64,000 bases of DNA from Ophelia neglecta (Eukaryota), in assembly GCA_965285935.1 (NCBI GenBank), contig OZ260664.1, positions 78,120,001-78,184,000 of the forward strand. The letters are read 5' to 3'. Below are positions 13,601 through 26,087 of this stretch, piece by piece. The notes below the pieces were generated by a model, which saw only the letters and a list, made by a program, of their open reading frames with translations, was not told the origin of the DNA and did no database searches. The position numbers and the translations under genes are program-made. Position 1 is the stretch's first letter. The number at the start of each line of letters is the position of its first letter.

Positions 13601-14695
13601 GCCTCGTAAGATATAAGATCAGAAGTGCTTAGAAAGAGGGCGGGAAACACCGCTAAGAGTTGGCAGCAATATACAAAGAGTAAAAGATGAGCTGCACTTT
13701 TCTGAGACTGGGGTTGCTTTCCTTTAGGTTTATACTCTTTACTGGCAAATTTGACCTTTGTGAATGCACTTCTGACTGCAACAAACAGGGCTACAAGACT
13801 CAACACGGTGTTAACGGCTGCCGTACTCACTTGGTAGCTAGCCGGGGTGTACAGGCTGACTACAGCCAGGCTCCAAGAGGCCGCCCACAAAAACGAGATC
13901 AAGGCCAAGTCAAAAGCTTTTGCCGCCATGCCAAAGATCATGAAAGCAACAGATACAAATACAGAGAAGGCCAGGGTTGGAAGGAGAGCCAGTGAAGAAT
14001 TGGGCACATTGATGTTGGACGATATAGCAATACCACCCACTCCCAACAGGCTGGCACACAGACAAAGATGAAAGCTGACAAACAAACGGTTTCTAGGATC
14101 TTCATTCGTTCTACGTAATCCTGTGAAGAGAAAAACATACAAGTTGATGACAATATAAAAAGATTGTTGAGCATTAACTGTGAGCCTGCAAATGCCTTAG
14201 AACAAAAGCAAATATCCTTTTTTTAACCATGCGGGTAACTAAGACATGCTTTTATTTTACTACTGACACATTATCAAGGTATATGTTTTGGAGTTAAGTG
14301 ATCAAGTACTGGTAATGTGATGGATACATATCTTACGGTCAAGAGGTACAACAATGATATCTAAACTGATCTATATGTCTTAAATGTTTGCTGAAGAGCA
14401 CGTGATAGACTGTAGTTCGTTATTGGTTCTATCGTTTGATAGAGCTATGTATCTATCACCAGTAGGCTATATGTCGATTGCTTTTAATTTCGTATGCAAT
14501 AGTATTGAATGTATTAAATAAATACGTTAAACACTCACCGAAGAGGAGTTGGACGAGAGCGAGCAGTGCGAGAAGGACGCCGGATTCTAGATTGCTCCAC
14601 ACGTCAGCCAAGCTCCACTGCTGTGCTGCTAGAATGGCCGCAGCCCCCGCCCCGAGGGACACCATCGCCGTGTTCTCAACACTAAGCTGGGCCAT
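10650..14695 (-). CDS. Polytopic membrane protein A: three diverged SatP/GPR1-FUN34-YaaH-like repeats, Sua5/YrdC domain and acidic tail; about 899 aa, 6 exons
   Basis: Exons 14695-14539, 14120-12456, 12216-12128, 11905-11746, 11542-11337 and 11072-10650 have GT-AG introns in phase (2700 nt). YrdC motifs: GIPTDTVY, VWPSSISLV, IAVRLP, TSANPSG, ASTVVD, FRIG. Repeat 3 has PVGGVIQFIVG...SFIMYSMFW and ends LVPLG; repeat 2 ends KVPLG. Confidence 0.85.
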
Positions 14696-16146
14696 CTTAG
14701 ATCAAATGTCTCTATGGTGTTGTCTCTTTAATCGTAAGTAATATCTTGACTTCTCAAAGATATGCGGAAAACTGAGCTATGGATCTGGGTAAAGTAATTT
14801 ATATCAACTTAGAACCGGGTGCGGGAATTTCATCGTGGTTATCTTGGTTTCCGGAATTGCGCTTGGTGCTCACAGGCACGCGTCCAATGTTAACGCGCTG
14901 TGTTTAAAATACGGAATTCCCGTGTAGCTGACACACGGTCGCCCTGACATAGCGAGCCGGACTAGTTTATTTCACCTATTCAGGTATCTATACGGACGAG
15001 TAAACATAGTGAATGTCGCGTACCTTCAAATCAACAGGACATGCTTAGGAGTCAGGCGCACATTGGCCAGCGACCAATCAGAGACAGCATACACCTTCAT
15101 TGAGAAATCCCTACCTTTGACAAGTGCGTCAACGCACGACTAAATAAACTGGCCCTGAACAGCAAGGCTATAATTTATTTACGAGTTCATTACATCTGTT
15201 GGCATGCGTGTTTGTATATTTTGGTTGCTTCCTGCTGTTTAGCATTGGAGTGATTGGGAAATTGATGAATAAGACTCCCGCTATAGACCGCCGTGACTGT
15301 AGTAATGTTCAGGGTAATCCCGAGTCTCCCGTCATCCGTGGGCTGGTGACTTGCTCAGACACACAGCACAATAAATAAAAGTCGGTGGGAACAAATCATC
15401 TCATATCTTTGGCAGAAGTCATTGAGACAGGACGAGAGACAGAAACAAGTCAAATAATTATAAGCAGGCTTACTGAAGGAGCTTATATCTCCCTAGTTCG
15501 ATTGTTTAAGCTGCGTGTTTAACTCATTTTACGACCTATTAGAAAATACTGAGGGTCATATCACATAAGGACAGAACATAATTAGGTAAGATTAGCGTAT
15601 GTATTTTTGGTTTTATTTTCAGATTTATGTTGCTAATTTATACTTTTATATAGTCATCGAAATTCAGAATTTGTTCACGATGCTCCTTTGTGTTATTATG
15701 GTTTTCTTCAATCATTTTTTTGTCGAAATTTAAGAGGAGTTTAATCACAGACGCGTGTATTCTAACCACTTTATCGTTTAATGCTTGCTTTCAAATGTAA
15801 AGAACATATTTCCTACATGTTATGTCCATGTAACGAAGAAAGTTTTAAGCACAGCCAATTGTGACTTTTTTACTTGAACCAGCCCTTCGAATTTTATCAG
15901 TAGCCATTCTTATAATGAATTGGAATAAACGAATAATGCTGTGTGTTTTTAGCAAGATGCATTATCGCTTCTTTCTTTTATTTTGTATAGCAACTTATCC
16001 GTGTAGAAGTATGTGTTACTTATATAAAGGCACACCAGGCGTACAATTTAAAGCTACATCTTTGTGCCTATACTTATCAATTTAGTTTATCTTTACCCGT
16101 CTTCTGATTGATTGTTTCAGATTAACTGTCATCGCTATAATTGAAA
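14696..16146. promoter_or_regulatory. Shared bidirectional promoter region of the two channel-YrdC paralogues, including the 5'UTR intron of gene B
   Basis: Head-to-head ATGs 1.45 kb apart. Minus-strand TATAAAT at 14797-14803; kappaB-like 10-mers at 14823, 14912, 15102 and 15312; CCAAT boxes near 15060-15080; UTR splice donor AG|GTAAG near 15585 and acceptor TTTCAG at 16120. Confidence 0.55.
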
Positions 16147-19100
16147 ATGTCCGGTGTAGATTCTGACGGTAATCGGGCGTTTGCCGCCATCTTGTATGCC
16201 GAGCCTGGCTCCCTCGGCTTACTGGCCAATGTCCTCTCAGCCTTCGTGGTGGCCATGCAGAACTTCCTCCCAGGAACTGACATGGAGCCTGCAGCATACC
16301 TCATGGCTGGTAGGTTCATTGTATAGTCGTCATGTGCCCTATCATTTTACTTACAATATACGTCGTATAGATGGGTTGCCGAATTTATCACTTTTCGTGA
16401 GTTTGCATTTGCCGCTTGCAGTAGAACGCTTACGTCACTGCATTGGACGTCATAACGGCAATCCAGCCAATTGGCGCCGCGCGGAGTGACATCCGAACGG
16501 AATCTCCATAACAACAGTATCCAATGCAGTGACGTACGCGTTATACTGCAAGCGGCAAATGCAAACTCATGAAAAGCGATAAATTCGGCGACCCATCTAT
16601 ACGACGTATATTGTAAGTAACGTACACTTGCCGCCTTAACAGACACCGCTTGTCAATGTCTTAACCATTCGGGTATTTTTGTAAATGTACTCCTCTTCCA
16701 AAATAATATTGACTTATATATAATTAACATTTATATTCGAAACTTTTCCGAATTTGTACACGCGCTTTAAAGCTTTGTATTTTGTAATACAGATACTTTA
16801 CAACGTATAAATATAAATAACAATATTATCAAATACTAAGCTTTGAATCTGAACTGTATATATATAGTTATACCTACAAACAATTTGTGTACGTCTGTAT
16901 TGGAGTGTAGACTTGTTTCCGCTTCCAGGGAAATGGTTAGTTTGTCTCCGCTCTGTCTAAAACTGAAATAATTAAACTATTTTGATCTATTTCAGGTTTC
17001 CATTTAATACTGATCGGAGGAGTCGTTCAGCTGATTGCCGGCTTCCTGTCCTTTCGTAGAAACGATCATCTCAGTGGCACCGCTTTCCTCAGCTTTGCCG
17101 CCCTATGGACAGCTCAGGGCATCTTGAAGGTGCTGACGCCCCAGTTTGCCGCCAATCTCTGGTTTCGCCCGTCCGTTCTGACGGGAATGGTGGGGTTCTG
17201 TGTTGTTGCTGTGGTTCTATTCGGAGCGGGACTGACCGTAAACTACCTCATGCCACCTGTTTTGGTCGCCATGTTTATTAGCTTGGTATTCGAGTCTGTT
17301 GGGTTGTATTATCCTTGGGCTTTGTATGTTGCTGGTGCTTTCGAGATGTTAATCGTCATTGCTGGCATTTACGGCGCATGCGCGTCCATGCTGCGCGGTA
17401 TCTCCCAAAGATATGTATGGCCGGGATTTGGCAACGCCCTGGTGAACGTTCTGCTAATTAAAACTAAGACTGCCCCTAGATCAAAGATGGAGGTGAAAAA
17501 GAACACGAAATATGCTGAACCCATGGCTTTGGGATACTTATGTAATCTGATTCCCTCCGCCATTTTGGCTTTTTACAGTTTGGGCTTTGCTTCTGCTTAC
17601 CAGCTGAGTTTTGTCTGGGTACTGGCTGTCCTGCCCTGTCAGATGTTTGCCAGTTTCTACGCCTACCTCCGTGACGACATGTATCACGCTGCGACCTTCA
17701 TGTCCTACCTGGCCGTCTGGCTCGGGAAACTTGGAACGGAATTCATTTTCGCCCCAAACCCTATTTTCACCCCTGCTGTGGAATGGACGCCATCTTTGTT
17801 TGGAGTCTGGGCCATGTTCTTTGTAATGGTTGTCATCACCATTGTCTCCCTTTCGAGAGACGTTGTGTCTTTTGTCGTAAACCTTTCGTTTCTAGTCCTG
17901 CTGGTCCTCGGGTACGAGTCCATTCCTTCCCCTGTGTACGGTTATACGTTTGGTGTGGCTAACGTCATCGTTTTCTGTGTGTCGTCTTACGCAGCTGTCA
18001 GTTCTCTCATCAACTCCATCGCCGAGAAGCCTGTTATCCCAGTGGGCTGGGAAATTGTCTCCCTAGATTCATTAGTCACTGGGCTCCTCAAGCTACGGTG
18101 CATGACTACCGAACAGTAAGTACATTGTCCTGCACCTGTATTTGTGAATCATCAGATCTTTGTTCATCTACTCAGCAACTCAATCCATTGAACTATGATA
18201 AAAAATTATCGTTTCTTTTTATTCCAGGCTAAACAAACATGTGAAAACCAAATCAGAGATACCACAGGTTCTTTCGCTGACCTCTCTTGCGGTTTGCTCG
18301 CTATATGGCGCCACCTGCGATGTCACTTCCGGCTATGCCGCTTTGTCTTGGATACTGGGCAGTGGCGTCATCCTACAATTGTACGCAGCTCGTTGCGCCT
18401 ATGGAAGCGGAAATATGACTCGGACCTACATTTCGTCGGTGTTCGCATTATTCTGGGCAGCATGGGCTTACAAAATCATAACGGGTAAGCGAGAAAGACA
18501 TTACTTTCCGCATTGAACGGTTATCAACTCATGATCTCTTAATCATCATGATTGAAATTGGTACATGTTTAATCGTCCTGCTTTTTTTTGCCTTCCAGGC
18601 GCTGCCACCCCTTTAATGACGTCAGTTATTCTTGTTGTCCTCGGTGCCTTTGTCGTATTTGCCTCCGCGGCGTTCTCTGTCGTCTGGCTTTTGACCTCCC
18701 TCCTCATGGAGTTAAATATCGTCTGTCTTTTGATTATGTCTATTGGCGTGTACCCACAATACCTCGCGCTAGTCTCCATGATGGGTACAAGTAAGTTTAC
18801 CTTACTGTTTCGTATTTCAGCAATAAAATTGAAAGGCTTCTGTTGTACATTTTTCTTGTTGACCACACCTTTTGCCATCTAACCCCATATTAAAATGTTC
18901 CAATCCATATTGCCTCAATTTTAGGGAATTTCTAACACTGTGTTTCCGCTTTGCAGGTTTTGTAGCATTTTATGGAGCCGTTGCACTGTTCCTTAACTCT
19001 ACATGTGACCTTGACATTCTCCCAATCGGATCCCCCATTTTCGCTGTAAGTAGACAATCCCTATAGGCCTACCTTTATACGTCGTCTGACCTGGCTATTT

Positions 19101-20587
19101 TTGTATACGAGCAAAAGGTTCAGCTTTTACCACCCCCAGTCGTAATCTGACTCCAGTAGACTTAATATAAGTAGAATTTTAAGTGAAACACTGCTGCAGG
19201 AAAGGCGGATTATAGTTCGTAAGTAGAATTTTCAACTTTAAACCAATTTTTTATATATATATCTACAGATCAAGAGTAAGATGTTGGCCAGAAAGCAAGA
19301 GGCCGAGACGGCTAGCCCTCCATGCCCCTTGTACTCGTCTAATCTGACCAGCGGTCTGAGGGGCATGGCCGACCTCCTCGACCAGGGAGCAGTCACCGGC
19401 ATACCAACCGACACCGTGTACGCGCTGGCCGCCAGCTGTAAACACCCGGACAGCATCGAGCGTCTGTACAAGATCAAAGAACGTCCGGCCGAGAAACCCA
19501 TCTGTCTCTGTCTCAGCTCCCTAGAGCAGCTCAAGGATACTAACCCCGATTTCAGCCCGCTGCTCTGGCGCTTCATGAGGAACTGTTACCCAGGCGGTAT
19601 CAGCTGTGTGGTACCTAAAGGGGAGTGGCTGAAGAGACTGGGTGTAGGAGAGGCGGCTAGCTATGTAGGCACCCCGGCCAGCGTCTGTATCCGGGTACCA
19701 GACAGCACTGTTGTAAGCCACCTAGTGGCTATGACCGGCCCTATCGCCATCACGTCCGCCAACCCCAGTGGCGAGCCAGATAGCACACACCACGATATGG
19801 TCATTGACCGGCTAGGTAAGCTTTTTATTTCTTTAAAATTTGCACTAAATTGAGAGGCTACTCGGGAGCAGTTTTTTCTTATCCCATATCTTATTGCAAA
19901 TTATCTTGAAAAACAAGATGTTTATACAAGAGAAAGTCCATACGAACGTAAAGAGCATGCAGAGAGGATATTTCGTCAAAGAATACTAGAATATTGTATT
20001 ATTTCACCACCATTAGTACATATATCTTCCAAAATCTTTAAGGTTTAAAAACAATACGTACGATATAATTTCCTATGTATTCATTTGATGTTTGCTTAAC
20101 CAGGACACAAACTTGGAGGTGTTTTATGTGACGGGCCCTCTAACCACAGTGTCGCTTCTACTGTGGTCAGCTGTGCCAAGATAGATGAAGGTACGTGCCC
20201 ACACTTACACAGTTACACACGTATATCAAAAAATCATATCACCCTACATGTAAATTAACTACATGTATAACAGAAGCCTGTTTTTGAACACTTATATTGA
20301 TGAATCTAACTTCATTGAATTCAACCGTAAAAAAGCCTTTCAGAGACCATGGTATATTATTTTAAAACGTGTATACCCTATTTTTAACCTTAGAATAACT
20401 TGAATTTTGCAATCAATGCTTAATGCACTGTCTTGTAACAAGTACATAACTATGGCCCTAGTTGATTGTAAAATTGACTTTTTCAGGGGTGCTGACTTAC
20501 TTCCGCATCGGCTGTGTGCCAAAGGAAGTTGTCGAGGCTGTGTTCGAGAAAACAAAAAGAGAAATGGCAGCCGACGCCGCCGCCTAA
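16147..20587 (+). CDS. Polytopic membrane protein B: three SatP/GPR1-FUN34-YaaH-like repeats and Sua5/YrdC (threonylcarbamoyl-AMP synthase-like) domain; about 851 aa, 8 exons
   Basis: Exons 16147-16309, 16996-18115, 18228-18484, 18599-18790 (alternative donor 18784), 18957-19045, 19269-19815, 20104-20190 and 20487-20587 are in phase (2556 nt). SatP-like motifs: AEPGSLGL, IGGVVQLIAGFLSFRRNDHLSGTAFLSFAALW, AEPMALGY, INSIAEKPVIPVG, FYGAVALFLNSTCDLDILPIG. YrdC motifs: PTDTVYAL, KERPAEKPI, YPGGIS, IRVP, TSANPSG, ASTVV, FRIG. Confidence 0.88.
16347..16620. mobile_element. Foldback MITE with about 100-bp inverted repeats in the first coding intron of gene B
   Basis: TTACTTACAATATACGTCGTATAGATGGG...CACTGCATTGG is mirrored by CCAATGCAGTG...CCCATCTATACGACGTATATTGTAAGTAA. 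Confidence 0.85.
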
Positions 20588-21551
20588 AATATTTGCGACA
20601 AACTTTTACTGACAATTAACCGCATTAAAAACGTTGGTTGAATTATGCAAAAGCAAAGTGAGGCAATCTAATGTGGACTCCACCCTCCCAGACGAAAAGG
20701 CGCAGTGTACAATTTTGATGCCGGCAGTTTACGACGAAAGAATCGCATCAAATGACTTTAATGCTGAATTTGAAGTATTGAATACAGACTTACAGTTGTA
20801 TTTTATCGAGATGTAATATCGTGTGCAAAAGTCTTATAGGCCTATGAAAGCATTTTTACGCTGGTCGTAAAAATATGTTATCAATTTTTGTATTTCATTA
20901 AGTTATTAATTATTAATTCATCCATTCATCACGTATGAGAGCATACTGGAGTAAAAAAATATGTTATGCAGTCCTAATCTTGTTTGCCAATGACGTAAAA
21001 CCATATTTATTATAATATATACATGTGCCAAATGCTTTAAATAGATATTTACCTTAAAACGCATAGCACATTTCTAAAGTTTACTGCAATCTACTGTATT
21101 AAACTTTAATTTTACATTATGTATGAGGAAAAAGACTATGTATTTGGGTACTTAGCGAAAACTGTGAACCAAATAAACAAGTTTATTTATTAAACTTGCC
21201 TTTTTTATGAATAGAAGTACATATTAGGCTGTCGAGAGTCATCCTACCTGAAAGCAAAATGTCTTCAATTTCCTTAAACAGTTAAATCATTAACCCAGCA
21301 CGTAGACGCATACTAGATTTTAATGTTAACTTTCCCTGGCTATGATTTATTTATTACTCAAAACTCCCGTGGGGTATGAATCACAATTTGGATATAAATG
21401 GAAAATAATCAGTGAATATCATAGTAATTTACTAGAAACTAACTAAAACACAAGCAATAAAAAAAATAAGCATACAAAAATCAATCAAAAACATTTTAAT
21501 TGCAATAAAAGAAACGATAATGACCACTATCATTTTAAAATCACCTTAGTA

Positions 21552-21725
21552 TACAGTGAAACCTGCCTTAAAGACCACCTCTATATTCAGACCACCAGGC
21601 AAATCAGACCACTTTTTTGAAGACCACACTTCATATTTTCCATGTACAATAACCTGTCTAAATAGATCACCGCAATAATCAGACCAGTATTTTATAGTGC
21701 CTTGGGTGGTCTTAAATCACCGGTT
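21552..21725. mobile_element. MITE, family 1
   Basis: TACAGTGAAACCTGCCTTAAAGACCACC...CCTTGGGTGGTCTTAAATCACCGGTT. Confidence 0.7.
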
Positions 21726-24700
21726 AGCATGCATTTATTGGGGCCTATGTAGGATCGCGTTTCAGGGGGCCCGTGTAGGAGTTAGGTACTATCAGCTCTG
21801 TGAAAAAAAAAAAAAAAAAACTATAATGAAAAATGGTATGTTGTATTGCAAAATAAATCATTTAAAAGTGATGAAAAAACATCCCTCAAGAAAAAGATTA
21901 CAGTGTTTGAAGAATATTATTAGCCACATGTCACTTATAATTTCCACCAAAGTAACTAGCATGAGATGCACAACAGTAAACTTCTAATCTATAGTGTACG
22001 TTTTTAGTTGCTGCATGGCTGTATCTTCCCTTTTCGCTTATTGAAAAAGGACAAGGAAGATATTTTTGAGCATGAAGCATGGTACCATCGCAAGTGTATT
22101 GCCCCACCAAGTCAAATTTCCGTCGGTTGAGACCATCGACCGATACCAAGGCCATACTCCAGGAAGCTGGGCACATTTGGCATTTCCCGACTGTAGGGGG
22201 ACTTACTTGATATCATATCAATACTGTTATCTCGAAATTACAAATATTTGCCTTTGTTAATTCAATAACATTTATGCCGTTTTGGTGCAGACATATAGCT
22301 ATTATAGGGCCTACGTCCATCTATGGTTTTTTACCGAACGAATGAGCGCTCGCAAATAATGAAAAGCCGCTAAAAGTATCTTTTTGCAAATAGTCAGTGT
22401 TTCTTCGGTCGGCCGGGGAATTTTTTGCCCAATTGATATCTAGATTCTAGCTTCTTTCTCTTTTACCAGTTACGCAACAAAATGTCTAAGTTGATTTTTG
22501 CAAACAGATGTTTTGTGCTTAAAGCGTCAGCTTTGTGCCAAGTCACTGAGCTCAGAGCGATAAGATTTGTACTAAAAAGTCTGGGGTGGATTGTTGGGAT
22601 GACACACTCCTGTTTCAAACTGATAATACAGCAAAAATATGCGTGACTGTGGGAAAATCGTCAAGGAAGCTCATGTTATGAGCAAACAATCCAAGCCCTT
22701 GCTAGTTTTAGAGCAATCTCAAGTGATGTCAGGTCGAGGCTTGCTTCATGGAGCCCTTAGCATTGTATTATCGCTACAAATTCTTGTGTCCAAACGGCGA
22801 ATTGGGTTTGATCAGGAAGGAAATTGGTTTGGTTTTCCCTCTTGTGGATCATCGTATAAAACTATATGACACGAAACTCAATGAAGAGCTTCGGGTCGAT
22901 TCTTTTTCAAACATTTGGGCTACATTATTTAAACTGTAAATCAGTTATAAGCAAGCCCAAAGAGTAAGGCTGGCCTCTTGGTGTTTGTCATGAAAATTAA
23001 ATATATATATAACACAAGAGCGTCTGTGAATACCATTCATGAAAATGGAAATAAATTGCGATTTTACAGTGCGGCCCTCTTGTACTGAATATATACTAGG
23101 CAAAAAAGTGGGTACTTCGCGATGAAATTTGTAAAGACAGATGTTCCGAAAACCCTGTCGAGAAAGCAACCGATATCTAGAGGAAGGCGATAGAAAGAGT
23201 GCTGGTCACATAGCAGACACTCTGGAACACGGCCATGTCGTATGAGCTATATGAACAATACCAAATATAATAAGTCTCTTAGTTTCTTTATATTTTACCG
23301 TTATCCCTGCTTAATCCCTATTTGGTCTAGACTGAAAGACTGAAAGGCCAATACGGTGTAAATCATGACGTCACTCGTCTCAAGAGGACAAACTACAATG
23401 CTTGTTATAAATTTCGCTTTAGTTACCGTACTCTGTTTCTGAGCGAATACATTGCTACGTCGTTGCCTCTATTTTTCGTGAAAATTTAAACTAACACTAT
23501 CAATGTTACCATGTTTTAATTGGTATTAATTTGTGCGTAATATAAAACTTGTTCGTTCGTATGATTATGATAATAATGTTAGGTATTAATGCTTGTTTGT
23601 TTGCTTCTTTACCATTGACATTGATATGATTTCCAAAATTCAAATGATAACATCTTAATCTAAACACAATAAGCACAATTTTTATTATATAGCCTGGATA
23701 TTCTGACATCTAGCTATTACCCTCGGACATCCTTATAATTTATATTGTAGTTCGTAGGTTCAGAAGAATGACAAGGTTCAATAGAGTCACGAAGCAAACT
23801 CTTGATTCCAGAACATTCTGATGAATACTCAAATGTGTTGGTGTAATATATTTTAACTGCGCGTCTAAACGATTGGAAATATTTACCATTCATCTAAACA
23901 CAGTCAAGTGTAAAGGTACTTATACAGACATCACTTGCATTTAAATTAGCTCTGTGAGCACGATTTATATATAAAGTAATAAAGCGACCTCAACTTAATA
24001 ACAGACAGAATCTTAACTTAACCACTCAAACCGAGTAATCTGGACCTATTGCTTATTTGTTCATGTCGCCAGGGTTCACAGCTTACAATATATGCGTTCG
24101 AAGGCTGTTGGGTATGTTTTAAGAGAGGTCCGTTAAAATTACTGCTTCATTTTGTATAGGCCTATGACAGATATAAGAGAACGTTAATAGTGACATTTTT
24201 GCAAAATGAAAAATGCTTGTGACCGACATAGAGTCATGTGTATCAAATGTATCAAATGTATTTACCACTATTAGGAAATCAAATTGACAAGCAGTATAAT
24301 ATTGTGATCTGCATTTAACCTTGGCCTCATTTAAAGGTCAATTGAGATATCTTAAATCTTCGTTGCCTTCAATGGCTAATAGTGCAAGGTGGACATATTC
24401 AAAGCATTATTAAACCACCATTAGCAAATCACATGCTTCCCGAAGTTTGGTGTCCGTATTCATTATCAATGATAACATTTAGATTGTTGACAGGGCGAGG
24501 GGGATATCCTTTTTTTTCCTGACTCAGTGGATGGGAATCAACAATTCATTGTCCAGTAATAGGGGTGGTTAACAAGTGCAATTCAATCGTGTCAAATTAT
24601 GACCCCCCTCCCACTCGGTTATTAGCGAGTGGGCCCTTAGAATTCTAAATGAGGACCACAAGGATCGCTCTTCGTCACCCTCACTATTGCTACCTGGCCC

Positions 24701-25104
24701 AAAGACACTTCATATGAATAATTGCTGATTGTTTGCACTGAATAGCTTAGCTTATTACTAGACACATTGAACAGTTGAAGGAGACAGACAGACAGACAGA
24801 CAGTGTGGAGGCGGGGATTAGCCAGCTTGACGATAAGAGCGGCCCTGCAAAACATCTACAGAATATGCTTAGGCTGATGTAACAGAAAATGGCTTGTGGA
24901 AAGGAGAAAAACGCTGTGTTACGAATTATTAAATAACATTTAGTACTTCCTGAATTGTCATACTGAAATTCTCAATAATATGTCTAAGATTCAAACCCCA
25001 ATAAGGTATAATGAAATTATCATAAGTTAGATATCATTAGCTGAAATGTATTATCTGAATGGATAGACCTCAAAGTGATAATAACATGATACTCGGTTTG
25101 TATA

Positions 25105-25176
25105 TACAGTGGAACCCCTCATGAGAGACCACCAAATTAGTGGTCTTATATGAGGGGTGGTCTCTTATCAGGGGTT
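25105..25176. mobile_element. Short or truncated pogo-like MITE
   Basis: TACAGTGGAACCCCTCATGAGAGACCACC...GGTGGTCTCTTATCAGGGGTT inverted pair. Confidence 0.5.
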
Positions 25177-25689
25177 TAACAGGGCCCGCTGATTTTTAAA
25201 GGTATTAGAATATTGAGTACTTCGGGTTCGGATTGGAACCAAACGATATATCGAAAAACGTATACGTGTCGAGTAAGCGGCCGATACAGGAAGTAGATCA
25301 AAAAAGGACAACAAAAATGAGCTGAGTCATGCCTGCAGCTAATTATTGTTTTTCTAATGAAATAATATTTTTTTTCCATTTTGAACCCCACTAGATTAAA
25401 ATCAGAGGAAATCTAGACGGGTATAATGTCTGGGGAAGGCCAATGACGCAAGACAGATTTTTGTGTTGTTCGAAATCAAATACATTCGTAAAAAAGGTTA
25501 TAGAAATAGTTCGGAGGCGTAAAAAAAAGATTCGTGACATGTTCATTTTTTGCGTGATAATTATATATCAGAAAAAAAATGATTGAACAAAAAAAAAGTG
25601 AAACCAAACTTTTTTGATTTCAACGTTACTGTATGGTCTTTCCCATTTCAATTGGTTAATAATATTTCATGAGCTTCCTGCTTGGATGT

Positions 25690-25918
25690 TGTTGTGATAC
25701 TACTTCAGTATTATAATTACCAGGACTACTTACCTTAGTATGCCTTGATGCAGTATGTTGCATTATATACTACTTACCATCAGAACATCACCTACCTTGT
25801 AATGCGCATGCGTGCATAATAAATAACAGCTCTCGGCATCATCAAGCGTCTTCGTTACGTCTCGAATAACAATCTATAATAGCTACCACAGTGTTTAGAA
25901 CCCATAAACATCACGACA
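25690..25918 (+). repeat. 5' LTR
   Basis: Direct repeat of 30255-30483 with no differences found by eye. Confidence 0.95.
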
Positions 25919-26087
25919 TGGTGTCAGATGCGGAATCAAGACAAGGCTAGTGACAACTTTATTTCGTGGAACAGCCACCCAGGGCTACAATACGGTGAAA
26001 TTCTACGACTAGTACAGTGACGTCATCGTCAGCTCTGACAGCTTGGCTCTACGCATAAATTAACCTACTATTTTGACAACTACAACA

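Noticed and set aside
19281-19853. Stand-alone canonical YRDC (t6A) gene
   Set aside because: The ORF is bounded by splice sites and joins in phase to upstream membrane-domain exons and downstream exons; it is one exon of fusion gene B.
2677-20587. Bacterial contamination explaining the PrpD-like, SatP-like and YrdC genes
   Set aside because: All three genes have canonical spliceosomal introns and are contiguous with metazoan ARID2 and animal-type transposons.
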